Positions 10,862 to 20,642 of a stretch of DNA of 52,162 bases are shown here, piece after piece (position 1 is the stretch's first letter; the number at the start of each line of letters is the position of its first letter). This DNA is from Parcubacteria group bacterium (GTDB lineage Bacteria; Patescibacteriota; Minisyncoccia; Phycocordibacterales; DATDWN01): NCBI GenBank assembly GCA_040079825.1, contig JBEBJP010000001.1, positions 1 to 52,162 on the forward strand, written 5' to 3'. Both the position numbers and the translations under genes were made by a program. A model generated the notes under the pieces. That model saw nothing but the letters and a program-made list of their open reading frames with translations, was not told the DNA's origin and did not search any database.

Positions 10862-11740
10862 ATGCTATCATATTTTAATATGTGGATATTATTTTCACTT
10901 TTAGCAGCATTCTTTGCAGCAACTGCAGGTGCGATTAGCAAACTAACTCTACAAAAAGTTGATGAGTATTTAGTGACCTGGGCATCTTTTGCTTTTAGTA
11001 TTCCGATACTCTTTGTTGTACTATTTTTCATCAAAATTCCTATATTAAATAACTTATTTTGGTTGGGAATACTAGGAAGTAGTGTATGTAATGCAATTGC
11101 TTTTATTGCTTTTTTTAGTAGCTTAAAACGACTCCCTATATCATTAGTTAAACCATTTCTAGCTTTTTCACCTCTACTTCTCACTGTTTTATCATTCATT
11201 ATTCTCAAAGAATTGCCGAGTGGATATGGTTTAACTGGAATAATAATGATTGTAATTGGCGCATATGTTTTAAATCTTAAAGAAATATCTTGGAATATTT
11301 TTTCTCCATTTAAGGAACTTTTCGGTCAAACAAAAAACTTAATATTATTTATACCTATAATTTTCTGGACGCTATCAGCAATCTTTGACAAAATTGCTGT
11401 TCAAAACTCTTCCCCTCTTTTTTATCTAACAACTCTTCCAATCTTTATCACAATTATCACTTCTATTATTATGAAGCAAAAATCAAACAACATCATAATA
11501 AAAATAAAAAGTAATTATTTTGCTTTAATTATAATTTCATTTCTCGGATTAGTTATGCAGATTTTTTACCTTACTTCAATCAAAAATACTCCGATCTCTT
11601 ATGTCTCTGCGGTAAGAAGCCTTGATTTTCTATTTTCTGTAGGATATGGATTTATTTTGTTTAAGGAGAGTATGATAAAGCAAAGATTTATAGGGGCTGG
11701 ATTTATGGTTTTGGGAGTTTCACTACTAGCCTTTGCTTGA
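10862..11740 (+). CDS. EamA/DMT-family transporter
   Basis: About 10 TM helices in two halves. I trimmed the track ORF (10643) to the ATG at 10862, because the upstream part is antisense to the GH125 gene. Confidence 0.65.
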   Translation: MLSYFNMWILFSLLAAFFAATAGAISKLTLQKVDEYLVTWASFAFSIPILFVVLFFIKIPILNNLFWLGILGSSVCNAIAFIAFFSSLKRLPISLVKPFLAFSPLLLTVLSFIILKELPSGYGLTGIIMIVIGAYVLNLKEISWNIFSPFKELFGQTKNLILFIPIIFWTLSAIFDKIAVQNSSPLFYLTTLPIFITIITSIIMKQKSNNIIIKIKSNYFALIIISFLGLVMQIFYLTSIKNTPISYVSAVRSLDFLFSVGYGFILFKESMIKQRFIGAGFMVLGVSLLAFA

Positions 11741-11797
11741 AATCCTATATACTTTCCCTGGTAATTTGAGTGTTAACCATGAACATAATTTATTTTA

Positions 11798-12829
11798 TCA
11801 CAAAGGAAGTAAAGATTTTATATCTTCTGCTTTTAATGTGTAAGCTCTAACAAAAGAATCATCCACGTGAGCATACAAAATCCCTTGACCAGTTCCAGTT
11901 TCAATAAACTGACTAGCAAATGTTATGGCGCGTCCACCATCTTTTCCAGCCTCGCTGTCTTGTATAAAAGGTTCAGGAGAAACCCAGTCTATTTTCCCGT
12001 TTTCATAATCATAAATAAAAAGACCAATTGAGAAATCCCCATATTTAGTTTTATCTCCAATCATTTGGTCTGCCTGACATCCATTTATTATTCCAACTAA
12101 TTTCCCCTCCCCTATATCAATAAAACTCTTAGGAAAAAGCGGTCCGGGAGATGCATGCCCTGCTATCCAATCTATATTATGTTCTGCTGGATGAAAAGCT
12201 GTATCTCCATATTCCCAAGGCTTGCCCATATCATGCACCAAGGCAGTCACAATAACAGCATGGGAAGTACTCAAACTTCTATCTTTTGACTCAACAAGAT
12301 TATATCTAAAACCTCTTTTGTTAACTGGCGCTATTGAAACCTCCTTTGCCCTGCTTGTATTAATATCCACAAGAACAGGCTCAGTCATTTCTAGAGAACC
12401 TAAATCTTTACCAACAGCGTGGCCTAAATGTATTTTCATTTTTTCCTTTTCATCCAGCGGTTTAATTGGAATTGTGAAATACACATGCATTAAATTGGTC
12501 TCTTTATCTATCCAAATATCAGGGTCTTCAAGACCAATAAAATTATCCATCTCATCAGAAAGATTTTTGACTACCTCTTCCTCCCCTTTAATTATAAGAG
12601 GTTCCACAATATTAAATTTAAACAATGAATCACCCTTAATCTTATACAACTTACTCTTACTGGTATATCCTTTGAACTGAATATCGCCATCACGATCCAT
12701 AACACACCTAACTATCCCTTCTTTATAGTTTGTCCGAGGATCAAGCGTTATCGCCATTACATACTTAAAAACTCCCGTAGCTTCTATAACTTTTTCTGGA
12801 TTTTCTGAATAATATTTTCTGTCAACCAT
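11798..12829 (-). CDS. Hypothetical protein within the mannoside cluster (possible beta-propeller glycosidase)
   Basis: 343 aa. It overlaps the upstream GH130-like gene by 1 nt, which suggests an operon. No confident family. Confidence 0.45.
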   Translation of the reverse strand: MVDRKYYSENPEKVIEATGVFKYVMAITLDPRTNYKEGIVRCVMDRDGDIQFKGYTSKSKLYKIKGDSLFKFNIVEPLIIKGEEEVVKNLSDEMDNFIGLEDPDIWIDKETNLMHVYFTIPIKPLDEKEKMKIHLGHAVGKDLGSLEMTEPVLVDINTSRAKEVSIAPVNKRGFRYNLVESKDRSLSTSHAVIVTALVHDMGKPWEYGDTAFHPAEHNIDWIAGHASPGPLFPKSFIDIGEGKLVGIINGCQADQMIGDKTKYGDFSIGLFIYDYENGKIDWVSPEPFIQDSEAGKDGGRAITFASQFIETGTGQGILYAHVDDSFVRAYTLKAEDIKSLLPL

Positions 12830-14814
12830 TATTTTTTCTTACTTTTAACCTTAGCTTTTGTTTTCTTAACTTTAGATTTAACCTTTTTCTTTTCAGCCAC
12901 TTTAGATTTTTTCTTAACTTCTTTCTTCGCCTTCACTTCTTCCAAGTGGTATGGTTTAACATCACCAGTTTGCAAATATTTCAAAAGTTTTGAAAGTGGT
13001 GTTTTTGCAACACAACAGTATTTATCTCCACCACCATAGTAAACATACAAATCATCTCCTCGAATCAAAGCTCCGGAAGCGTAAACCACTCCAGGCTTAC
13101 TGTCGTTTTCATAATGCATATCAGGAGAAAGAAGGGGGTGATCACTTCTATACAAAATCTTTGTTGGATCGTTCTTATCCAAAATCATTGCTCCTAGTCT
13201 GTATTTGTCTTCACTATGTTTTTCCAAAGCGTGATAAAGAAGAAGCCATCCAAGCGAAGTCTTTAGAGGTGGTGGTCCAGAACCTTTTAACAAGTGGTCC
13301 CAAGAATCTTTTCTTCCGTGTTGTGGACCCTCAGGTCTGGGACTATAGATAATATCATCAAAAGTATCTAGATCATCAACATAATCCACCAAAACTCTTG
13401 GGCTAATACTATGCAACACAGCAAACTTTCCATTTATTTTTTCTGGAAAGATAAGCCAGTTTTTACTTCTGTTTTTCGGTGAAGAGATAAGTTTTGGTTT
13501 TTTCCATGTCCACCTACCAGCCTTAAAATCCTCCAAACTTATCGAGGTCAAAGCCATTCTCATAGAATTCCATCCTTCGAAAGCTGTGTAGACCATATAA
13601 ACCCTATCACCTATCACAACAGCCCTAGGGTCTTCTGCTCCACCCCAACTACCACCAGAAACATACATGTAGGGGTTATAAGATAAAGGTCCAGGAATAG
13701 TATCTGGATTTGGCATACCATAGTTCCTAGAAGCCTCGTAAACAGGATACGGGAGTCTACCAGATATATTTACACCATCCTTGCTCTTTGCGTAACCAAC
13801 TCTAGATATTCCATCTCCACCAACAGCACGATACAGAACATGAATATCTCCCTCGTCGTCCTCAACAACAGCTGGATTAAATGTTCCTTCATTTTCCCAA
13901 ACACTACCTCTTATAGGTTCAATTATTGGATTACTTTCATGTCTCTCCATAATTTTCGGATGTCTTCTAAAATCCTCTGCTTCTTTATAAAGTGAAGGAA
14001 TCTTGATAACTATCAGATCATTTTCATGAGTCACCCAATACAACATCAAGTGGTTATGCATATTTGCAAAACCTAGCGGTTTTATTGGCCTTGTTTCATC
14101 TTTTGAATCAACTACTCCTTGCCATATAGGCAAGTTACTTCTCCAAATTACTCTTCGAGGGTCATTCATACCAAACACAACTCCACCCATCTGAATTAAA
14201 GTTTTGGAACCCTGCTCAGAAGACGCGTCGTATAAAATAAGTATTCCATCGTTAGTTATTGTTCCACCAATAATAGTTATATTTTCAGAATCAAAATATC
14301 CTACTCTAGAAGTAAAAGTTAGAGATTGTTTTTCCTTCCATACAGAAAGAGAAATAGACGCTTGGTTTCTTATAAACAAACCGTCACGATACATTTCAAA
14401 CCTGTCTTTTGCTTTATCGTATACAACCGTTGCATGTTTAGAATCATTTGCAGGAAGTTCGGATTTGATTTCCCAATCATACAAATCTTTGGACCTTGCA
14501 ACGATAAGTTTTTCCTTTGTTCTTAGTCCGGCTTTTCTAAAATAAGTCATCACAAAACCATTTGGTGTTTTAGAGATAGAAAAGTTATAACAATCTTTTA
14601 TGTTTTCTGTTTTTCTGCTTATAGTTTTTATACCAACCTTTCCTGGATCAACTATAAAATCTACCCCGTTTGTACTCCAAGAAAGGAAAAGTGTGCTTGT
14701 TGATTTGTTCTCTATTTTTTGTAACAAAATTACTCCTGGAGGAACAGAAACCACAGCGAGAGGTATCCCATCTGCTTTGTTTATTTTTTGTGTTTTTGAG
14801 GTACTTTTTTTCAT
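12829..14814 (-). CDS. GH130/DUF377-domain protein with N-terminal extra domain and ~40-aa Lys-rich C-terminal tail
   Basis: 661 aa. The C-terminal half has a GH130 pattern (TFNPAVV...LYRAVGGDGISRVGYA...GAEDPRAVVIGDRVYMVYTAF). The tail reads EVKAKKEVKKKSKVAEKKKVKSKVKKTKAKVKSKKK. Confidence 0.7.
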   Translation of the reverse strand: MKKSTSKTQKINKADGIPLAVVSVPPGVILLQKIENKSTSTLFLSWSTNGVDFIVDPGKVGIKTISRKTENIKDCYNFSISKTPNGFVMTYFRKAGLRTKEKLIVARSKDLYDWEIKSELPANDSKHATVVYDKAKDRFEMYRDGLFIRNQASISLSVWKEKQSLTFTSRVGYFDSENITIIGGTITNDGILILYDASSEQGSKTLIQMGGVVFGMNDPRRVIWRSNLPIWQGVVDSKDETRPIKPLGFANMHNHLMLYWVTHENDLIVIKIPSLYKEAEDFRRHPKIMERHESNPIIEPIRGSVWENEGTFNPAVVEDDEGDIHVLYRAVGGDGISRVGYAKSKDGVNISGRLPYPVYEASRNYGMPNPDTIPGPLSYNPYMYVSGGSWGGAEDPRAVVIGDRVYMVYTAFEGWNSMRMALTSISLEDFKAGRWTWKKPKLISSPKNRSKNWLIFPEKINGKFAVLHSISPRVLVDYVDDLDTFDDIIYSPRPEGPQHGRKDSWDHLLKGSGPPPLKTSLGWLLLYHALEKHSEDKYRLGAMILDKNDPTKILYRSDHPLLSPDMHYENDSKPGVVYASGALIRGDDLYVYYGGGDKYCCVAKTPLSKLLKYLQTGDVKPYHLEEVKAKKEVKKKSKVAEKKKVKSKVKKTKAKVKSKKK

Positions 14815-14829
14815 TCTGAAACAAACTTA

Positions 14830-15168
14830 TTACCTGTTGTACTTGTCTTCCAACCTAACTATATCTTCTTCATCAAACTCACCCTTTGCTATTTCAAGAA
14901 TAACCACTTCATCTACTGGTGCACCTATTCTGTGTTTTACAGTTACACCTACAAAAAATTCATCTCCTTCTTTGGCTATGTGAGTTTCTTCCCCTATTAC
15001 TATCTCTGGATTACCTTTAATAACCTTCCAAAACTCTTCTCTATTATTGTGAAATTGTAAACTCAACTGTTCGCCTTGTTTTACATTTATTAATTTTACT
15101 GTCGAAGATTCATTCAGCGTATAACGAGTAAATGACCCCCAAGGTCTTGTTGTGGTAATCGGATTCAT
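14830..15168 (-). CDS. Cupin-type mannose-6-phosphate isomerase (ManC C-terminal-like)
   Basis: 112 aa: RPWGSF...LSLQFHNNREEFWKVIKG...VKHRIGAP...EDIVRLEDKYNR, matching the type II PMI cupin pattern. Confidence 0.7.
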   Translation of the reverse strand: MNPITTTRPWGSFTRYTLNESSTVKLINVKQGEQLSLQFHNNREEFWKVIKGNPEIVIGEETHIAKEGDEFFVGVTVKHRIGAPVDEVVILEIAKGEFDEEDIVRLEDKYNR

Positions 15169-15250
15169 AGATAAATTTTAACATAGAAAAAAGCCATTAA
15201 ACACAATAGTTATCACCAGTTTTTGACACTAAAAACACTATTTACCAGAT

Positions 15251-16000
15251 TTACATGTAGCGACTTAATAGTTCCAATGTTTCATTAGGCCCATCTTGTT
15301 GGATAAAATCCACGCCTGTATTCTTTACGGAAGCGTCGTTACCTCCCTTATACAAAGCATCTCCAATAAAGATAATGTCATCGTCTTTTACTCCCAAAAG
15401 TTGCTTTATTTTACCGATAGCATAGGCCTTATCAATTCCTTTTTTTGTAATGTCTATAGAAGTTGCGCCACCAATCTTTATTTCAAATCCTGAAATTTTT
15501 TTGTTAAGTTTATCAATAATCTTTCTTCTTTTTTCTTGATTTGGATCCCAAACTTCCTTCAAAGATATCGGAGCGATTTGTCCTTGTCCGGAAAACGTAA
15601 TCTGACTCTTTCTGTCTTCAATTATAGGACCTCGAGCTCCGGTAACATCTACGCCAGATTCTTCAAGTGCTTCTTCGAGTGCTTTTATTATTTTCTTTCT
15701 ATCTGATTCCGGAATTTGCTCATCGTAGATCTGATTCCAGACATTCTTTTCTTTATCATATGTGTAACAAGTACTGCCCATGGTTGGAAACAAGGATAAG
15801 TTCTGAAGTAGTTGTGGATCACAATGGAATTCTGATAAAAATTGCTTTTGAAATTGTGAGTAAGTTCCACCGGAAACAATAGCGATGTAATGACGTTTCA
15901 ACAGGTGACCCAAAACCTCTGCCATATCTTTAGATAGTGGTGATTTACTGACAGCTAGTGTCCCGTCCAAGTCGCAAACGATAACTTTTTTACTGTTCAT
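15251..16000 (-). CDS. HAD-IIB hydrolase, phosphomannomutase-like
   Basis: 249 aa with HAD motif I (VCDLDGTL), a cap domain and motif IV (FIGDALYKGGNDAS). Confidence 0.65.
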   Translation of the reverse strand: MNSKKVIVCDLDGTLAVSKSPLSKDMAEVLGHLLKRHYIAIVSGGTYSQFQKQFLSEFHCDPQLLQNLSLFPTMGSTCYTYDKEKNVWNQIYDEQIPESDRKKIIKALEEALEESGVDVTGARGPIIEDRKSQITFSGQGQIAPISLKEVWDPNQEKRRKIIDKLNKKISGFEIKIGGATSIDITKKGIDKAYAIGKIKQLLGVKDDDIIFIGDALYKGGNDASVKNTGVDFIQQDGPNETLELLSRYM

Positions 16001-16053
16001 AATTGTAGTATTATTATAACACTAGGAAGACTTAACCAAAAATATTACTAAAC

Positions 16054-16494
16054 ATGACAACTAGAAATATAATCCATTTTTTTGACAAACTAGAAGACAA
16101 AACGAGAGCCAAACTTAGTCGAATGCCAATATTATATGCTCTTTTAGGAGGTATCGGTGTCGTGCTCTTTTGGAGAGGTGTTTGGCACACAACCGACTTT
16201 ATAAGTATTCTTTTATTGCAAAATAAACAACCAAGTATAGCTGAAATGATAGATGGACCAATGTCTTTTGTGGTTGGAACAAGCGTACTTCTTATAACTG
16301 GAGTATACGTTTCAGCCTTTATAGGAAATAGACTTTTGATGACCGGACTTTCTGGAGAAAAGAAACTCGCCGAAAAAACAGGAGAAGAGATTATGGCCGA
16401 GGAAGACCAATTAAAGAAAATGCAGGGTACATTAAACAAAGTTGAAGAAAAAATATCAGAAATAGAATCAGAAATAAAAAAACATCACGGTTAG
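16054..16494 (+). CDS. Small membrane protein with C-terminal coiled coil
   Basis: 146 aa with two TM helices, then a charged helical tail. Confidence 0.45.
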   Translation: MTTRNIIHFFDKLEDKTRAKLSRMPILYALLGGIGVVLFWRGVWHTTDFISILLLQNKQPSIAEMIDGPMSFVVGTSVLLITGVYVSAFIGNRLLMTGLSGEKKLAEKTGEEIMAEEDQLKKMQGTLNKVEEKISEIESEIKKHHG

Positions 16495-16946
16495 ACTTTT
16501 CTTTCTGAAATCTTATTCACAATCTCACCCAAAACTTCATTTTGGTTCTCTAAGTGAGCAATAATAGTTTCTATTTCTCTTTCGGCTTTAACATTAAGAT
16601 CAAAATCTGCTTCGGCTCTAGCTTCTGAATGTTTACCTTGTAAGTTCTGACCTATCATAAGGAGTGGCATAAGAAATATCTGTATCATATTGGAAATAAA
16701 AAGCCACAATACAAAAGCTGGATAGGGATCAAAATGATAATCTGTTGGACCAAGCACATTCCAACCAAACCATGTTACTGTCCAAAAGAATACCAAAAGA
16801 AAGAAACCCATACTTCCTATATTTTTGGTTATCCAAACAGCAAACTCTTCTAACGAAGACAAATTTTCTCTATGAACGACATTTATATTTCTTAGAGGTT
16901 TTCTAAATTTCTTAATCTCTTCAAGTGATATAGTAGATTTTTTCAT
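16491..16946 (-). CDS. DUF1003-type membrane protein
   Basis: 151 aa. FDPYPAFVLWLFISNMIQIFLMPLLMIGQN...EARAEADFDLNVKAE matches the DUF1003 pattern as I recall it. Confidence 0.55.
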   Translation of the reverse strand: MKKSTISLEEIKKFRKPLRNINVVHRENLSSLEEFAVWITKNIGSMGFFLLVFFWTVTWFGWNVLGPTDYHFDPYPAFVLWLFISNMIQIFLMPLLMIGQNLQGKHSEARAEADFDLNVKAEREIETIIAHLENQNEVLGEIVNKISERKV

Positions 16947-16980
16947 AACAAAATTATATCATAAAAATTTTCTAATTCTA

Positions 16981-17547
16981 TTATAAAGATGTTGCTATCG
17001 AACCAATAATAAGTATTCCAATAAAATTAAAAATAAAAGAAATAATAACAAACAAAGAAGTCTTCATTTTAGAAAAACCCAAAAGACTTATACCAAGCTC
17101 GTCTGGAAATGGTGAAGCGATTATAATTCCTCCAATAAGAAAAGTTAACCATCTGAAATATTTTAGCCTAAACAAAGCCTTTAACCTCTTAAACGAACCC
17201 TTATGTTGCACCAGCTCCATAAAATGATCTGCTAGTTTGTCTCTAATGAACTTGAATATAATAATATCTCCAGTAACAGAACCTAATGCACCGAAAAATG
17301 CCACTGCCAAAACTGAACTTGATTGAGATATCTCTCCTAAAGTAACTATTGCTGGTGCTGTTGTAAAAATAGACGTAAAAAACATTCCTGCAACAAAACT
17401 TCCAAGGAATTGAAAACCTGTTGCGGAGGAAAGGAGTCCAGACAATAGATCCGTCTTTGTTATAAACAGAGCAATAAATATACTCAAAACTACAATTGAA
17501 ACATCCTGCAATAAATAAGATTCTTTTGAATGCATTATTTTAGTCAC
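16981..17547 (-). CDS. Integral membrane protein, unknown function
   Basis: 188 aa with about 5-6 TM helices. Confidence 0.45.
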   Translation of the reverse strand: MTKIMHSKESYLLQDVSIVVLSIFIALFITKTDLLSGLLSSATGFQFLGSFVAGMFFTSIFTTAPAIVTLGEISQSSSVLAVAFFGALGSVTGDIIIFKFIRDKLADHFMELVQHKGSFKRLKALFRLKYFRWLTFLIGGIIIASPFPDELGISLLGFSKMKTSLFVIISFIFNFIGILIIGSIATSL

Positions 17548-17556
17548 TCAAATAAT

Positions 17557-18033
17557 TTATATTATTTTTATAAATTCGTTAGAAATCGTATGAGGATGCT
17601 TTGTGCTATCTAGATTCATATAAAAAAGTTCTTCTGGAATTATTTTGAAGACCACTTTTTGACCGTATCGAAGATCTCGGAGCTCATCTATTGGCCAGAT
17701 TTTTGTACCTCTCAGATTTTGACTACCCACAAGAATCTCTGTCAGTCTTTGCCTTTCAACGTCATTTACAATCAACTCTATTTGTCCATAGAACTGAACT
17801 GAGATATGCTCTGGTCCAGATCCAACTACAACAGCAGCGTTAGGGTTTAACTCAGCATTTATATACTTACTAGTTTTTCGCTTTGTAGCAAAATAAAAAT
17901 TAAAATCATCATCCACAAAATAATAAACTGTAGATGCTCGAGGTTGATCCTTAAAAGATGTGGCCACTACCGCAGTCGCATTTTCTTTCAAAAACCTAAG
18001 TGCATCTTCTCTGTTTTTTAAAGATTCGTCCAT
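17557..18033 (-). CDS. Pyridoxamine 5'-phosphate oxidase-like FMN-binding protein
   Basis: 158 aa. Size and pattern fit the split-barrel family (AVVATSFKDQPRASTVYYFVDDDFNFYFATK). Confidence 0.6.
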   Translation of the reverse strand: MDESLKNREDALRFLKENATAVVATSFKDQPRASTVYYFVDDDFNFYFATKRKTSKYINAELNPNAAVVVGSGPEHISVQFYGQIELIVNDVERQRLTEILVGSQNLRGTKIWPIDELRDLRYGQKVVFKIIPEELFYMNLDSTKHPHTISNEFIKII

Positions 18034-18084
18034 ACACTAATTATACACCCTATATATTTTTTTACACCACAGGCAAAACCCTAC

Positions 18085-19203
18085 TTAATCTTCCTTTATT
18101 TTTACACTAGCCTCAAATGAAGTGTCTGCTTCTTTTGCGGATCTTCTAGAGTTCGTTAAATCTATAAGAGCTTCACCTCTGTTACCATTTTTCTCATTTT
18201 CCTCGGCATTTATTAGATGCTGTTCTGCTTCATGCAGAGCTTCTTTTGAATATTCCAGGATATCTTTTCTTGTATTTTTTGAATTGTTGGTTTTATTTAT
18301 AACTTTCTTCAAATTTTCTATCATTTTCTCTGTTGTTTTTTTCTTTATCTCAAATACATCATTTTGTGTTGGAGTCGAGGAAGAAACTACTACATTTTCT
18401 GAATTTACGTCCATAATTACGACATCCTCTTTAGTGTTGACCTTAGAAGCCTTCATTACCATAAAAGTAGCAGGTTCTGGAGTTTTAGTACTAGAAGATA
18501 CGTCCTCTGCCTCAGTAGTTGCAAACATTGCACTAGCTACCTGTACAGGCTCTTTTGCAATAACTTTTTTAATTTTATTTATATTTTCTTTGCTTGATTC
18601 ACTTTTTGAGTTATTTTCAAGTATCTCTAGAATTCTTGTGTGAGCGTTTATTTTTGCTTCAAAATCAACTTTTGTGTCTTCTACTACGATTGCATTTGTA
18701 TTTGTTTCTTTTGAAACTATAGTATTGAAGGAATCAGTGTGCTTTTTTATTAAATCCCCAACGATAACCTGAGATTCATTTGTTAAACGACCTTCTGACT
18801 CCAACTTTTCAACTTCCAAAAGTCTCTGATTTAAATTTTCAGATTGTAATTGTGCTCTAGATACATCACCAACCGCGAGTGTATATTGTAAGGGTTCAAT
18901 AAAATCAACTTTAAGTGAGTAAAGTTTGTCCCCAGGTAAAGAATTTGCAGCTCCGCTAAAGATATTAACGCTAGATATTCCCAAAACCAAAACAGCTACG
19001 ATTGCGTACGAAGCACGTGAGAATAAAAAGTTAGTCCAAGGAGAAACAATTTTTTCTTTGTTTACTATCAAAGATTTCTCATTTATATGTACGTTCAAGT
19101 TAGCCAAAATTCTTTCCTTTTCATCCAAGGTAAGTCCTATTTGTTTTATATCTTTTATTCCTTTTTTAAATTCATTCATCTCCATATAACTATTTATCTT
19201 CAA
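18085..19203 (-). CDS. Putative anti-sigma factor / DUF5667-like membrane protein
   Basis: 372 aa with a single TM helix after ~65 aa. It overlaps the 3' end of the upstream ECF sigma gene by 14 nt. Confidence 0.5.
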   Translation of the reverse strand: MKINSYMEMNEFKKGIKDIKQIGLTLDEKERILANLNVHINEKSLIVNKEKIVSPWTNFLFSRASYAIVAVLVLGISSVNIFSGAANSLPGDKLYSLKVDFIEPLQYTLAVGDVSRAQLQSENLNQRLLEVEKLESEGRLTNESQVIVGDLIKKHTDSFNTIVSKETNTNAIVVEDTKVDFEAKINAHTRILEILENNSKSESSKENINKIKKVIAKEPVQVASAMFATTEAEDVSSSTKTPEPATFMVMKASKVNTKEDVVIMDVNSENVVVSSSTPTQNDVFEIKKKTTEKMIENLKKVINKTNNSKNTRKDILEYSKEALHEAEQHLINAEENEKNGNRGEALIDLTNSRRSAKEADTSFEASVKIKED

Positions 19204-19756
19204 TATTATACCCAGTTAACTCCCGTAACTTATCCAACGCCCTTATAACCCTTACAGAAACAGCGTTTGACGTGACTCCTAGCACGTCCCCAATCTCTTT
19301 TGGATTCAAGCCCTCCACAAACCGAAGGTAGATAATTTGTTGTGCATTGGCAGGCAGGAGAGATATCTTATCCATTACAAACCTAGCCTCTACAGACATA
19401 TCAGCATCTTCTTTTGTTTTGTTTTCATCTGACATAAACATTTTATCTTCATCTTCTTCCAATATAGCATCAAGTGAAAGGGATTTTTTCTTTCTGTAAT
19501 AATCGATTATCAAATTCCTGGCTATCATAAAAATAAAAGCTCGATCATTGTTTATTTCTTTGCCACTTGCCAAATAATCCCATAACTTCGTAAAAGTTTC
19601 TTGGGTAAGATCGGTAGCAACTTCTCGATCAGAAATTCTGAAAAAACAGTACCTAAAAATAGCGTCGGATTGAACATCGTATATACCAATGAACCTGTTT
19701 TTTAATGTTTCTTTATCCATCGGTTTAGACGTTTGGAGATATGAAAACTTACTCAA
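19190..19756 (-). CDS. ECF-type RNA polymerase sigma-70 family factor
   Basis: 188 aa with region 2 (DLTQETFTKLWDY...RAFIFMIARNLIIDYYRKKK) and a region 4 HTH (IGDVLGVTSNAVSVRVIRALDKLR). Confidence 0.85.
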   Translation of the reverse strand: MSKFSYLQTSKPMDKETLKNRFIGIYDVQSDAIFRYCFFRISDREVATDLTQETFTKLWDYLASGKEINNDRAFIFMIARNLIIDYYRKKKSLSLDAILEEDEDKMFMSDENKTKEDADMSVEARFVMDKISLLPANAQQIIYLRFVEGLNPKEIGDVLGVTSNAVSVRVIRALDKLRELTGYNIEDK

Positions 19757-19911
19757 TATAATCCTATCATTATTTCAATTTTTTTGGTAAAAAAATGGCC
19801 ACCCGCACGACGAGGCGTAGGTGACCATTCTCCAATTTGGAGCAAATTTTGTCTTGCAAATTAAGAAGAACTTGCCGTGGCTGGGACCACGGCCGAAGAG
19901 GAGGGGTAGAG

Positions 19912-20208
19912 CTAGACGAACGCGACCTTGGCTTTCTCGAGCTCCTGCTTCACCTGTCGCATCTTTACAGAAGCGCACAGTGAGCAGTCGGGGGTCCACG
20001 GGAATTCGTAGAGCCTGCCTGGCGAGATTCGATTCGTACACTCGCCGTTCTGGCACTCTCCGTAAGTGCCGTTAGAAATGCGACCCAAAGCTTCGTTGAC
20101 TGCCCGAAGCTTCTTGCGATCGGCATCCGAAAGCGACATCTGTGCCGCCTTCGCATCAAGATCCGTCTTGATCCCTCTCAAGACGGTAGCCCGGTGGTGA
20201 AGTGTCAT
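19912..20208 (-). CDS. TraR/DksA-family C4 zinc-finger protein (GC-rich cassette 2)
   Basis: 98 aa: GECQNGEC-x-RISPGRL-x9-CSLC matches the TraR/DksA C4 finger pattern. GC-rich third positions. A hairpin plus T-run lies downstream on the minus strand (~19785-19830). Confidence 0.7.
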   Translation of the reverse strand: MTLHHRATVLRGIKTDLDAKAAQMSLSDADRKKLRAVNEALGRISNGTYGECQNGECTNRISPGRLYEFPWTPDCSLCASVKMRQVKQELEKAKVAFV

Positions 20209-20304
20209 ACGACTACCCCTACGAGACTCTTTCGTTGAACAAACGAACCAATATTTAGTGTTACATCTGTATAAATAAATGTCAAGTAAATAGACTAAAA
20301 ATAA

Positions 20305-20344
20305 AACAAAAAACCACTATTTTGGATTAGTGGTTTTTTGTTTT
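20305..20344. terminator. Bidirectional terminator-like hairpin
   Basis: Stem AACCACTA (20312-20319) / TAGTGGTT (20328-20335), flanked by an A-run and a T-run. Confidence 0.6.
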
Positions 20345-20426
20345 AAACAATCCTTTTATTTTCATGCCTATATTCTTCAATTGCTCGAGTCCAAGCCATA
20401 CGCAAAAATATTTACAATATTTTTTT

Positions 20427-20642
20427 GCTGTGTTTCTTGAATGAAGTTAGAACTTTTTTCCAAAATAATTCTAACTCTGACTAATGAATTCCGTCACGGC
20501 TCGGCATCCGTTCCAGAACACGCTGGGAGCGTGTTCCTCCACTTCTGCCGACCCGCTCCGCCCTCGCCTCGCCACCGTATTCATTCTAGGTTTTTTGGCG
20601 CGACTTCCTTTTTGATTTGGTATGTCGGTGGCGGTCTCGGGC
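20427..20642 (+). repeat. Inverted repeat IR-A, left copy (216 bp)
   Basis: Exact reverse complement of 30057-30272 wherever I compared. Spurious ORFs 20441..20707 and 30031..30258 translate identically for 67 aa. Confidence 0.9.
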
